Virus record (IMG/VR): IMGVR_UViG_3300025961_000410
From: an uncultured virus (IMG/VR IMGVR_UViG_3300025961_000410)
Taxonomy: Duplodnaviria > Heunggongvirae > Uroviricota > Caudoviricetes
Strand: one strand, 5' to 3'
DNA: 26,821 bases
The translations under genes and the position numbers were made by a program. Positions 17,313-25,376 of the stretch are shown piece by piece. Below the pieces are notes generated by a model. That model worked only from the letters and a program-made list of their open reading frames with translations, made no database searches and was not told the DNA's origin. Numbering within the stretch: position 1 is the stretch's first letter; each line of letters opens with the position of its first letter.

Positions 17313-18524
17313 TCACGTGTCAGAAATTTGTCGATGGATGTAATGCTCGATCGAAACTCTACCTTCATAGATGGATTGAGCGTCAGCATGAGTAGCCCAA
17401 TAGCAACGACAATTGTGCTTCTCAACCATTTCTTTAGTACGTTTCTTGTACTCTTCAAACCTGGCAGATAGTTCCCAACCAAAGACTGGAGTACTAGGCA
17501 CATCCAAGTCATACGACTGTGGAAGCAGTCTTAACACCTTTTTGTTACCATCCCTTACTACTTGCTTTCCAAGTCGTTCAGGACTAACTCTAGCATGGTC
17601 CTTTGGTGTATCCATCTCTGGTGGAAGAAAATCATCGCATGGTCGAATCACACAATTTGGATCCACCGTAACAAACCCTAAAAAGCCACTTTCCCCTTGA
17701 CAGCACTGCCAATCCATCTTTGGTCCATGCTTTTTCATACCAATCAATGATTCAACCGATGGATGAATCAAATAACCCCCAGACTTCATCGCTATGACTT
17801 GGTCAATTGCTTCGTTCAAAATCTGAACGTCTTCATCAGACTCAAACATAAGACCAGTCAAATCTACATGACGTTCAACCTTACTATAAGGTTGACCTCG
17901 ATTTGAGTGAATCATATCGAAATGCAGCCAGACATTTTTATCTGTCATGACCTTAATTAGCTCTGGAAGAACTGCTACATTCTTCCTGGTTAAGGTCATA
18001 CAGCCCTCAGCATCCCGCATCTGAGAACCATACTTCTCAACCCAGTACTTCAAAAACTGCCAGGCTTTGTTCGTCTTAACCTTACTTGAAACAGATGAAG
18101 TCTGATCATCAGCCAGGCCATCAACCGACATCGTCAATGATCTAAGACCAGAATTCCACCATAAATCTAGAATGTCTGTCGTAAGCCCAACACCAGACGT
18201 AATCACAGATGTTGGAATCTTAACGATATTCTCTGCATAATGAAGAAAACTAGCAACTCTGTTAGGTACTTGGGCAGGCTCTGCACCATACAAAGCTATG
18301 AACTGCGTTCCCAACTCTGATAAATTATCAAGAGTTCTGAACCACTCATCCATTGTTGCTTCTTCAGCATCAGCTTGATTGTTGTCGGTAACCCCATTTT
18401 CGTCAACTCTGAAAATAGAGCACCCGGAACATCTAAGAGGGCATCTTCTGGTAAAAAGAACCTCTGCTTTTGTTAGCGCTGGCTTACCCTTATGAGGTCC
18501 ACTCTCAATCAAACGTTGAGACAT
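17313..18524 (-). CDS. Radical SAM enzyme with C-terminal auxiliary Cys cluster (twitch/SPASM-like)
   Basis: CPLRCSGC (CxxxCxxC), YGAEP, ITSG, SVDG; C-terminal CC...C..RPCDD...CRC. Confidence 0.88.
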   Translation of the reverse strand: MSQRLIESGPHKGKPALTKAEVLFTRRCPLRCSGCSIFRVDENGVTDNNQADAEEATMDEWFRTLDNLSELGTQFIALYGAEPAQVPNRVASFLHYAENIVKIPTSVITSGVGLTTDILDLWWNSGLRSLTMSVDGLADDQTSSVSSKVKTNKAWQFLKYWVEKYGSQMRDAEGCMTLTRKNVAVLPELIKVMTDKNVWLHFDMIHSNRGQPYSKVERHVDLTGLMFESDEDVQILNEAIDQVIAMKSGGYLIHPSVESLIGMKKHGPKMDWQCCQGESGFLGFVTVDPNCVIRPCDDFLPPEMDTPKDHARVSPERLGKQVVRDGNKKVLRLLPQSYDLDVPSTPVFGWELSARFEEYKKRTKEMVEKHNCRCYWATHADAQSIYEGRVSIEHYIHRQISDT

Positions 18525-18808
18525 TATTTCCCTCTCTCAACTCCATCTTTAGGTTTAGCTGGAATCTCAAGGATAGCCTGCTTCTTCAACCTACCACAGC
18601 AGCTGATTACTAAGGTTCTCAAGCTATGTGCAACTACTCCTTGTCGGCCAATGACCTTACCAATATCGTCATCATGAACCTTCAGAGTAAATACCACAGT
18701 ATCCGCAGTTCCAGCAATCTCAACCTTTACCTCATCTGGAAAGTCCACCAACAGCATAACCAAATCTTCAAGAATCTCACGAATCGAATCAACACGAGTA
18801 TCAGCCAT
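18524..18808 (-). CDS. khpA: KH-domain RNA-binding protein, KhpA-like
   Basis: LVDFPDEVKV...LKVHDDDIGKVIGRQG (GxxG loop)...LRTL. Confidence 0.88.
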   Translation of the reverse strand: MADTRVDSIREILEDLVMLLVDFPDEVKVEIAGTADTVVFTLKVHDDDIGKVIGRQGVVAHSLRTLVISCCGRLKKQAILEIPAKPKDGVERGK

Positions 18809-18811
18809 AAA

Positions 18812-19528
18812 TCAAGCCTTTCGAACAAGCGTATCTGCAGTTGGCATTTCAAGTAGCTTCTCTTCAATCAACTTAGCTAACGTCTTTTCGAATGTCTTTT
18901 CTGAACTCCAACCCTTAGCTGCAACTTTAACCCAAATATCATTTTTGGGAGTTTCTACCGATACCTGAAGATTGGAGAGAATGTAATGACCCTGAGAACC
19001 AGGCTTATAACTGCCTATAGCTTCTTTAGAGACTTGCTCTTTTGGCTCTTTAGCAACTACTACTGTGGCATTCTTTGGGGCTTTAACCTCTACTGATTCA
19101 GTAAGAGGTTTAGCCAATTCAGCCTCTTTTAGCTTTTCTTCTGAGATACTCTCTTCAACCAATGTTGGAGCATCTTTTTCCACCAATAGACCCTGCTTAG
19201 CTTTAATTGCTTCCATTAGCTTAGCATATGTAAGCTGTTTACAAAAAGCCTTAGATTTCTCGAAATTATAGGGTTCGTCTGGAGCTAGTCCAACCCCCAT
19301 TCTAGCACCGAGGAAGCATTTACAAATCCAATGAATAGAGCAGACTGGCTCGCTACCCTCTGGAGGAACGTCAGGGTTGCACATATGCACGTTTAACAAT
19401 GCATCAGAAAAGCAAGGCACCTGATTTAACCTCTCAGGGTTTAAATTCAATCGAGAGAATTGGTTTACCTCATCTAGAATTGGTAACGTCAGTTTTACTT
19501 TAGGCGCAATTTCCATCAGATTCACCAT
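18812..19528 (-). CDS. Hypothetical protein: Cys-rich N-terminal domain, charged linker, wHTH-like C-terminus
   Basis: VPCFS...HMC...VCSIHWICKC; C-terminus SEKTFEKTLAKLIEEKLL. Confidence 0.6.
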   Translation of the reverse strand: MVNLMEIAPKVKLTLPILDEVNQFSRLNLNPERLNQVPCFSDALLNVHMCNPDVPPEGSEPVCSIHWICKCFLGARMGVGLAPDEPYNFEKSKAFCKQLTYAKLMEAIKAKQGLLVEKDAPTLVEESISEEKLKEAELAKPLTESVEVKAPKNATVVVAKEPKEQVSKEAIGSYKPGSQGHYILSNLQVSVETPKNDIWVKVAAKGWSSEKTFEKTLAKLIEEKLLEMPTADTLVRKA

Positions 19529-19902
19529 TTCTTCCCGTTTACTTCTGAAAAGACCCTATCTCCAACCATTTTCTTAACATCCTCTGGATTGTTTTCCGGA
19601 ATTTTCCCAGGAACGACAATCATTCCCTTTAAAGTCACTGTACGTTTCAACGATTCACATCTTCCACAACGCCAAACAAGCTCACCACCACCCCAACGCT
19701 TATACTCAAAGCCAGTTGGTGTAACTTGAACCTGTAGAACTTCGTCTTTTGCCTTACCTACTGTTTTGCAGTATCGATTACAAAACTCGCAGGGCAAACC
19801 TACTACTGAACTTGTTTCTGATAGCTCTGCATTTACTGGAAATACCTTATGTGGTTCGTACTTAACAATTTCAGATTCGTCAGGAATAACTGGATTTAGC
19901 AC
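19522..19902 (-). CDS. Zinc-finger hypothetical protein
   Basis: CEFC...CGRC; GTG start. Confidence 0.6.
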   Translation of the reverse strand: MLNPVIPDESEIVKYEPHKVFPVNAELSETSSVVGLPCEFCNRYCKTVGKAKDEVLQVQVTPTGFEYKRWGGGELVWRCGRCESLKRTVTLKGMIVVPGKIPENNPEDVKKMVGDRVFSEVNGKKW

Positions 19903-19926
19903 TAATCAATTCTACCAGAGCTAGAG

Positions 19927-20331
19927 TTAAAGATTCTCTCCGTTTGGGACTAGTATGATTCCAAGTCTGTTGCATTCATCAGTCACCCTAATAACGTCAG
20001 CTCTATTATCAGCTCCAGCTTCTTGAGCTTTAGCTAACAATTGGTACTCACGGTGGAGTTCTCGTGATTTCTCTTCTAGACCAGCTGGACAGTGTTTCAA
20101 CTTTCTAACTGGAGCTCCAATTCGCATTGCTTCCAATGTTCTTCCATCCCAACCACAACGATCTATAACTTCTTCAACTTTAGCATCGATTTCCATCAAC
20201 TCGATTAAAGGTGATAGCCTTCGTTCGATATATTCTGCTACGTCAGAGCTAGAAGAATCAATAGCTGCAATAAATGAAGCCATGCTAAGAGCTAATTCAC
20301 GTAGCTTCTCATTGGGTTTATACTCAGACAT
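19927..20331 (-). CDS. Hypothetical helical protein
   Basis: 134 aa ORF in the same operon orientation. Confidence 0.65.
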   Translation of the reverse strand: MSEYKPNEKLRELALSMASFIAAIDSSSSDVAEYIERRLSPLIELMEIDAKVEEVIDRCGWDGRTLEAMRIGAPVRKLKHCPAGLEEKSRELHREYQLLAKAQEAGADNRADVIRVTDECNRLGIILVPNGENL

Positions 20332-20333
20332 AT

Positions 20334-21089
20334 TTAAACGCCCTTCTTATCATTCCAGCGAAGTACATGAAGACGGGGACTAAAGTTTACACCATACTCG
20401 ATTGCTAGATCAATCACAGCTAGCATTCGTTCTAGCTGAACTTCTCTAGTAACACCTTCTGGCATAATGTACATCCGTTTCCTCAGTTGGTTAGTATCCG
20501 AGTCTGGGATTGCCTTATGCAGTAAAGCTAGCGCTTCAACCACATCATCAGCAGAAACCACTACAAACTTAAAGATCGCACCTAATCCGTACAGCATTGA
20601 CAAGGAGGTTGCTGATACATAAAAAGGTAGCTTCTTTGCATACTCATCGGAAAGATCTCCCATCCCTGCTAACTTAAGTTTAGGAGAGCAGTTAAACTGC
20701 AACCCGCTATGAGCAGCCATAGCTAAAAATCGATTGGGAGCATGAGTACCTTCTGTCTCCACTTCAAAACAGAACCCTTCACTAAACAGAGCTTTTATCA
20801 GCTCTTGAAAGTAAGGTTTATCTTGATGCAACAATGGCTCCCCACCAGTTATGATAAGTCTTCTTGCTTTACCAGCAACTAAGAAATCTACCTGCTCTTG
20901 AACAGACATTTTCCTAGTCTCAATCATACCCGGTTTCCAAGTCTGCTTGGAGTCACACCATGAACATTCTCGATGACATCCAGTGTAACGGATAAAAGAG
21001 CAGAGCTTGCCTACAGTTGATCCTTCTCCCTGAAGTGTATCTGTATAAATTTCAGTAATCGGGGCTTTTAGACTACTCAAATCAGTCAT
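20334..21089 (-). CDS. queE: 7-carboxy-7-deazaguanine synthase (radical SAM)
   Basis: EIY.TLQGEG, FIRYTGCHRECSWCDS, ITGGEPLL, VETEGT, SPKL, PRLH. Confidence 0.94.
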   Translation of the reverse strand: MTDLSSLKAPITEIYTDTLQGEGSTVGKLCSFIRYTGCHRECSWCDSKQTWKPGMIETRKMSVQEQVDFLVAGKARRLIITGGEPLLHQDKPYFQELIKALFSEGFCFEVETEGTHAPNRFLAMAAHSGLQFNCSPKLKLAGMGDLSDEYAKKLPFYVSATSLSMLYGLGAIFKFVVVSADDVVEALALLHKAIPDSDTNQLRKRMYIMPEGVTREVQLERMLAVIDLAIEYGVNFSPRLHVLRWNDKKGV

Positions 21090-21829
21090 AGAGATTGCTC
21101 TTCATAAATTGCTGAATTATCAGTACCATCTTCAAAACACTCTACTTTAACAACTCTAACCCTATTCAAAGAATCTATCAAAACTCTACCACCGATCTGC
21201 TTGAATACAAATTCAGCAAACTTCTCGCAACCCACCCCTCCCTCAAAAACTCTAAGGACTAAGCCAAAAGCTGATTCTCCATTTTTAAACCATTCGAGGA
21301 GTGGATCGTCACCTGCAACACAGGTCTTATGATCAAAAGTTTCCGCTAGAAAACTTTTGATACCATTATCTTTAAAGCTACCAAAATCCGCCACCCAATT
21401 CTTGTCATCTAAGGTTTTTGCAGCAAACCAAACCTTAAATGACAGGTGGTAACCGTGGACAAACGAGCAATGGCTTTTCGCACGCCATTGTCTAAATGCT
21501 ACTGAGCCAACTTTAAACGTCTTGGTAGACAGATATCGATAACCCTGCAACTTACTTCCTAACGAAGCTTTGCTGGATTCAATGGCTAGGAAATCTCTTT
21601 CGATTTTAACCTTTGCCTCTAAATGACGTAGTGGCAACCCTTCAATAAAGGCCTGTTGTGCAACAACATCTTCTTCCAAATTTGGATATACAGGATCATG
21701 TTTTGGAGTTTTTGCAAGAGCTGTTTTTCTAATCTCAAGAATTTTCTTAGATGACTCTAGGTCGACTAGATAATCTGCATGCAATAATTCTAAAGCTTCT
21801 GTGCGACTAACCGAATCAGTAATTCCCAT
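21086..21829 (-). CDS. queD: 6-carboxy-tetrahydropterin synthase with a ~90 aa N-terminal extension
   Basis: STKTF...AFRQWRAKSHCSFVHGYH, WVADFG, FDHKT, GCEKFAE. Probable start ATG 21829, just after the upstream TAA. Confidence 0.9.
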   Translation of the reverse strand: MGITDSVSRTEALELLHADYLVDLESSKKILEIRKTALAKTPKHDPVYPNLEEDVVAQQAFIEGLPLRHLEAKVKIERDFLAIESSKASLGSKLQGYRYLSTKTFKVGSVAFRQWRAKSHCSFVHGYHLSFKVWFAAKTLDDKNWVADFGSFKDNGIKSFLAETFDHKTCVAGDDPLLEWFKNGESAFGLVLRVFEGGVGCEKFAEFVFKQIGGRVLIDSLNRVRVVKVECFEDGTDNSAIYEEQSL

Positions 21830-21830
21830 T

Positions 21831-22400
21831 TTAGCTCCCAAATATGCCAGCAAAAGTCTGTTGAAACGTCAATCTATTCCAATTCTCTTCCCAAACTACC
21901 AAATTCTCAGAATCTGTTTTTGGGTTAATCCTGTCTGTACCTAGACTAAAAAACTCTTCTTTATCTATGTAAAAGAACCGGATATCCCCATCGTAAAGAC
22001 CTACTAACACAGCCCCTGCTATGTTTAACTCTTTCCAGAGTTTCTCTGCTCCATCTCCAACCCAATGAGATGATCGTCCCTTTGCTGAGGCAAAACCCGC
22101 TAGACGCTGCCCATCAGAAATTCCTGAAGCAAAATCCCAGCTGAACCTTCCAGCATCTGAAGCAATAGAAAATCTTGTCAAGACATTGAAATGTCCTAAC
22201 ACTACATAAGGGCGCTCATAGACTTCTGGCAGATTATCGTTCTGATGATCTGTGAACCCCTTATCTTTTACAGCGCCAATTACCAATTGTTTCGCCAATC
22301 GGTTTAGTGCTTCATTCCCTTTGTGGCCAGTCAAAAACATGGCCAATTTTCTTACTAAGTCTGGTGGGTATTTCTTCTTCGTTTTCTCTTCAGGTTCCAC
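21831..22400 (-). CDS. Hypothetical protein (possible degenerate restriction-endonuclease-like fold)
   Basis: 189 aa ORF, GTG start. The fold guess rests on secondary-structure pattern only. Confidence 0.55.
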   Translation of the reverse strand: MEPEEKTKKKYPPDLVRKLAMFLTGHKGNEALNRLAKQLVIGAVKDKGFTDHQNDNLPEVYERPYVVLGHFNVLTRFSIASDAGRFSWDFASGISDGQRLAGFASAKGRSSHWVGDGAEKLWKELNIAGAVLVGLYDGDIRFFYIDKEEFFSLGTDRINPKTDSENLVVWEENWNRLTFQQTFAGIFGS

Positions 22401-22824
22401 GTAACTGCTCCCGTAGTTCCATCAACAGCTTACCTAAATTGTTTTGACCTTTACCATCACAAACACCCCAGAAAGTATCTCCCCAAGTGTTGCCTTCAAC
22501 CAAAGTTTGAACTCCGGTTGCTAACAACTTCTCTTTTAGCTCTGGAATAGCAAACTTCTTACTCAGCCAATTATACATCGAAGCAATTTTGACTTGCTTC
22601 CAATCAGGCCTCAATGTCGCTTTTCTTCCACCAGCCTTGGCTAGCTTAGCTGAAGGCGATTCTAAAATTTGTCTACGTTGGCTGGCTATAAGCGTCTTAT
22701 CTGCTTGGAAACCATGCTCAACAGATCTTACCAGAATTGGTCCTAACTGGACATCAATCACGTTCAGATTGATCTGATAAAAATTCGACAGAAATGAGTA
22801 CTCTCCAGAAAAACTATTAATCAC
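22390..22824 (-). CDS. NADAR (YbiA/RibX-like) N-glycosidase
   Basis: FLSNFY, SVEHGFQADK, AKAGGR..LRPDW, KF...LKEKLLATG, LVEGN...DTFWG...GQNNLGKLLMELRE. Confidence 0.93.
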   Translation of the reverse strand: MINSFSGEYSFLSNFYQINLNVIDVQLGPILVRSVEHGFQADKTLIASQRRQILESPSAKLAKAGGRKATLRPDWKQVKIASMYNWLSKKFAIPELKEKLLATGVQTLVEGNTWGDTFWGVCDGKGQNNLGKLLMELREQLRGT

Positions 22825-24053
22825 GATACCTTTAGAGGGATTCCGACGCTACAAAAATCTGACCTTCCCTCTTCGATCATCAAAAAGGGATCCTGTGCTG
22901 AACCTACGTGAAAGGTAACTACCTCTGCTTCAAAATCTCGAAGACATTCTCTTACCTTGGCGTAGTGAATTCCAAGCTGATACACTGAGCTGATACTAGA
23001 AGCTGCTAAGATCTTCTCTTCCGCTTTTGCCTTAGTAAATCGATTCAACCCGACTAAGTCAACGATCACTCCACCATCAGCTAGTTTCTTAGCTATGTTG
23101 CATTCTACCGCCAAATCTTCTTTTCCAAGAACACTGGCAGCTGAAGCAAGGGCATCTAAGAACTGGTTCTTGTTAAACCTAATCGTTTCTCGACCCTTCT
23201 CATCAATAACTCGACCATCAGCGTCTAGCTTAGTCAAGAAATACTGCTCGTCTTGCATCTTGTGCAACCCCAAAAACTCCATGTAGGCTTTGGGGTATGT
23301 ATCTTCAACACATGCGATTCTTAACGAACATTCTGGAGAGCTGATCACAATCTTGGCATTTGTAACGTCAACCCCAAAATGTGTTTGGTTAACCCTAGAA
23401 AGTGTCTCAATCAATGGTAACGCTTTTGGAGAAATCACCATCCTAAATAGCGATGACTTTTCAGCTAGAGGGAACTGAGCCACATGAACAAGAGCTCTAG
23501 AAAACCCACAAATTCTGAAAAATCCTTCAGTGGTTAAATCCACCAAAAGCCCTGCATAGGCAGAATCGGCCTTCTCTTCGATAACCTTACTACAGCGAGT
23601 CATCCCATCTAACATTCGAGGTTCTAGTTCAAGCTCGAATTGAAATGGTCCTTTGAAAGAGACTGCTGGAATCGTCTCTTTTCGTAGTAGAGGTAGTTTA
23701 GCTCTAAACTCTCCTTGACGGATATTTAAGAATTCTTTTTCTACCCAAAAGTCAATAGCAAATCCATCGGGTCTTGTCTTGAGAATACTGGTTAGCTTTT
23801 CACACTCAACTAAAGCCTCACCATCAGATTTAATCTCACTACAAACACACCTTCCCTCAAAAGTGACATGAGGGTCATGAGCTCTAAGGGTTAACAGACT
23901 ATCGCCTACAATCAGCAGCAGATAGCCATAGATTGGACGAAGACCTGACTTCGCCCCATCTGAGGCTACTTTACTACACCTAGCTAATTGTACTCGAAGT
24001 ATTTCTGGGAGGATTGAAAATTTTAGATTCGATTCAGGTTCTTTTTCAGTCAT
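22821..24053 (-). CDS. dnaN: DNA polymerase III beta sliding clamp (divergent)
   Basis: 410 aa with a three-domain pattern; RPIYGYLLL, LTLRAHD, GEALVE...L, C-terminal DPFLM...GIPLK. DnaX is in the same operon. Confidence 0.8.
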   Translation of the reverse strand: MTEKEPESNLKFSILPEILRVQLARCSKVASDGAKSGLRPIYGYLLLIVGDSLLTLRAHDPHVTFEGRCVCSEIKSDGEALVECEKLTSILKTRPDGFAIDFWVEKEFLNIRQGEFRAKLPLLRKETIPAVSFKGPFQFELELEPRMLDGMTRCSKVIEEKADSAYAGLLVDLTTEGFFRICGFSRALVHVAQFPLAEKSSLFRMVISPKALPLIETLSRVNQTHFGVDVTNAKIVISSPECSLRIACVEDTYPKAYMEFLGLHKMQDEQYFLTKLDADGRVIDEKGRETIRFNKNQFLDALASAASVLGKEDLAVECNIAKKLADGGVIVDLVGLNRFTKAKAEEKILAASSISSVYQLGIHYAKVRECLRDFEAEVVTFHVGSAQDPFLMIEEGRSDFCSVGIPLKVS

Positions 24054-24999
24054 TGGAGTCCAAAATCCCTAAAGCAACTTCCTTCGTCAACACCACTGAA
24101 TTATACCTGCCATTACTGTTTTTAACAGTAGACTGCCTTGTCGAAAAGTCAGACGGTAGCGCCATTACGATCTCACACCAGTAAGCTCTAAGCTGTACTC
24201 TGTTCCAACCAAAATACTTCCCAGCACTAGTCAGGTCGTTTTTATACGTTGGAATTTGAGTTCCTAGCTGCTGAGCTTCTAGAATTTGTAGGTCTGCTTT
24301 TGCTTGATAATCACCATTCTCATTTAGCAAAAACTCTAGCAGAAGCTTTGCTTGTTCCGATAGGTTCTTTTCAATAAAGTTGACATAGCCTTGAAATACC
24401 AGTCGATCTTCAGCAGATTCAATCCAACCTTCAGCTAGGTCGATTTCGTCAAACTCACTACCATCTTCTCGTCGAATAGTCTTTGTTGGCCTGGCACCTG
24501 ACACCTTAGCGTAGTTCTTAACCTTCTTCTTCACCACAGCATGTTTTGAACGATCGAGAAAGCTTTTCTCAATCATCGGATTTTCTTTGTCTAGCCGATA
24601 ACCATTTCGTTCTGTATAATGCTTAGCGAACTTATCAGCGCAAAATTGCAACAGCCCCTGATACACAAAAGTACCAAGGGCTGTTTTCTGAATTGGCTCG
24701 CAATCGATTTTTGCTACGACTGCAGTTTCAGTTGAACCATAACGACGAATTGTGATGTTTGGCCCATCTTCAACTACCTCGTAGATTCGCTTATTGTGAC
24801 GGACTTGTGGGAGTTTCCAATCTCCCACATTTACCAGCATTTTCTCCATAGCGTCCATGAGACAGTCTTCATAAGACTCTCCCGTAACCCTAGAGAGATC
24901 GTTAGCAATGTTTTGTAATTTTGGTAGCCACCGCTTGACTTGAGCCCCTAATTCGGGCGACTGGACTTGCAACTGCTCTAGAAATTGCTCTGTGATCAT
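24046..24999 (-). CDS. Divergent sigma70-family RNA polymerase sigma factor
   Basis: Region 2-like WLPKLQNIA...YEDCLMDAMEKML...LGTFVYQGLLQFCADKF; region 4-like NLSEQAKLLL...LTSAGKYFGWNRVQL. Confidence 0.6.
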   Translation of the reverse strand: MITEQFLEQLQVQSPELGAQVKRWLPKLQNIANDLSRVTGESYEDCLMDAMEKMLVNVGDWKLPQVRHNKRIYEVVEDGPNITIRRYGSTETAVVAKIDCEPIQKTALGTFVYQGLLQFCADKFAKHYTERNGYRLDKENPMIEKSFLDRSKHAVVKKKVKNYAKVSGARPTKTIRREDGSEFDEIDLAEGWIESAEDRLVFQGYVNFIEKNLSEQAKLLLEFLLNENGDYQAKADLQILEAQQLGTQIPTYKNDLTSAGKYFGWNRVQLRAYWCEIVMALPSDFSTRQSTVKNSNGRYNSVVLTKEVALGILDSND

Positions 25000-25031
25000 C
25001 TTCCCTCAGTAAGTCAGTCTCTACAAACAAC

Positions 25032-25060
25032 ATAATAAAGATGGTAAGTTCGGAAATCAA
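25032..25060 (-). promoter_or_regulatory. Sigma70-type promoter upstream of the sigma-like gene
   Basis: Minus strand TTGATT-N17-TATTAT in the longest intergenic gap; GAGGG RBS before ATG 24999. Confidence 0.65.
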
Positions 25061-25124
25061 GTAGTAAGCAGAAATGCTATGTTAATATTTTGTTGTCAGG
25101 AGACTCACAAAGCTCTAAAACATA

Positions 25125-25376
25125 TTATGCAGCCTTCTTTGCTTTTGCAGCTTCCTCGATTCTAGCCAAAATATCTTCAAGTTTCTCGCCATCACGGAGA
25201 ACCATATGTTCTTTGGCAATTTTCACCATCGCTTCTTTTGTCAAAAACTTTCTGTAACCCATCTCTTCGTGATGGACATTAGTCTTTGCATGGTACCACA
25301 GAACATACTCCTTCCTACCAAGGATACCAGCAGCCTCTTTCAAAGTAAACAACTCATTTAAACGCGGATTACTCAT
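25125..25376 (-). CDS. HTH DNA-binding protein (MerR/excisionase-like)
   Basis: LFTLKEAAGILGRKEYVLWYH...GYRKFLT. Confidence 0.7.
   Translation of the reverse strand: MSNPRLNELFTLKEAAGILGRKEYVLWYHAKTNVHHEEMGYRKFLTKEAMVKIAKEHMVLRDGEKLEDILARIEEAAKAKKAA

Noticed and set aside
8942..21829. Ordinary bacterial queuosine tRNA-modification operon
   Set aside because: No queF, queA or queG; Gat-QueC is present; the context is phage-like; and the local tRNA lacks a GUN anticodon.
25111..25121. GTTTTAGAGCT on the minus strand, identical to the start of type II-A CRISPR repeats
   Set aside because: Only 11 nt match, single copy, no anti-repeat, array or cas gene; compatible with chance in AT-rich intergenic DNA.
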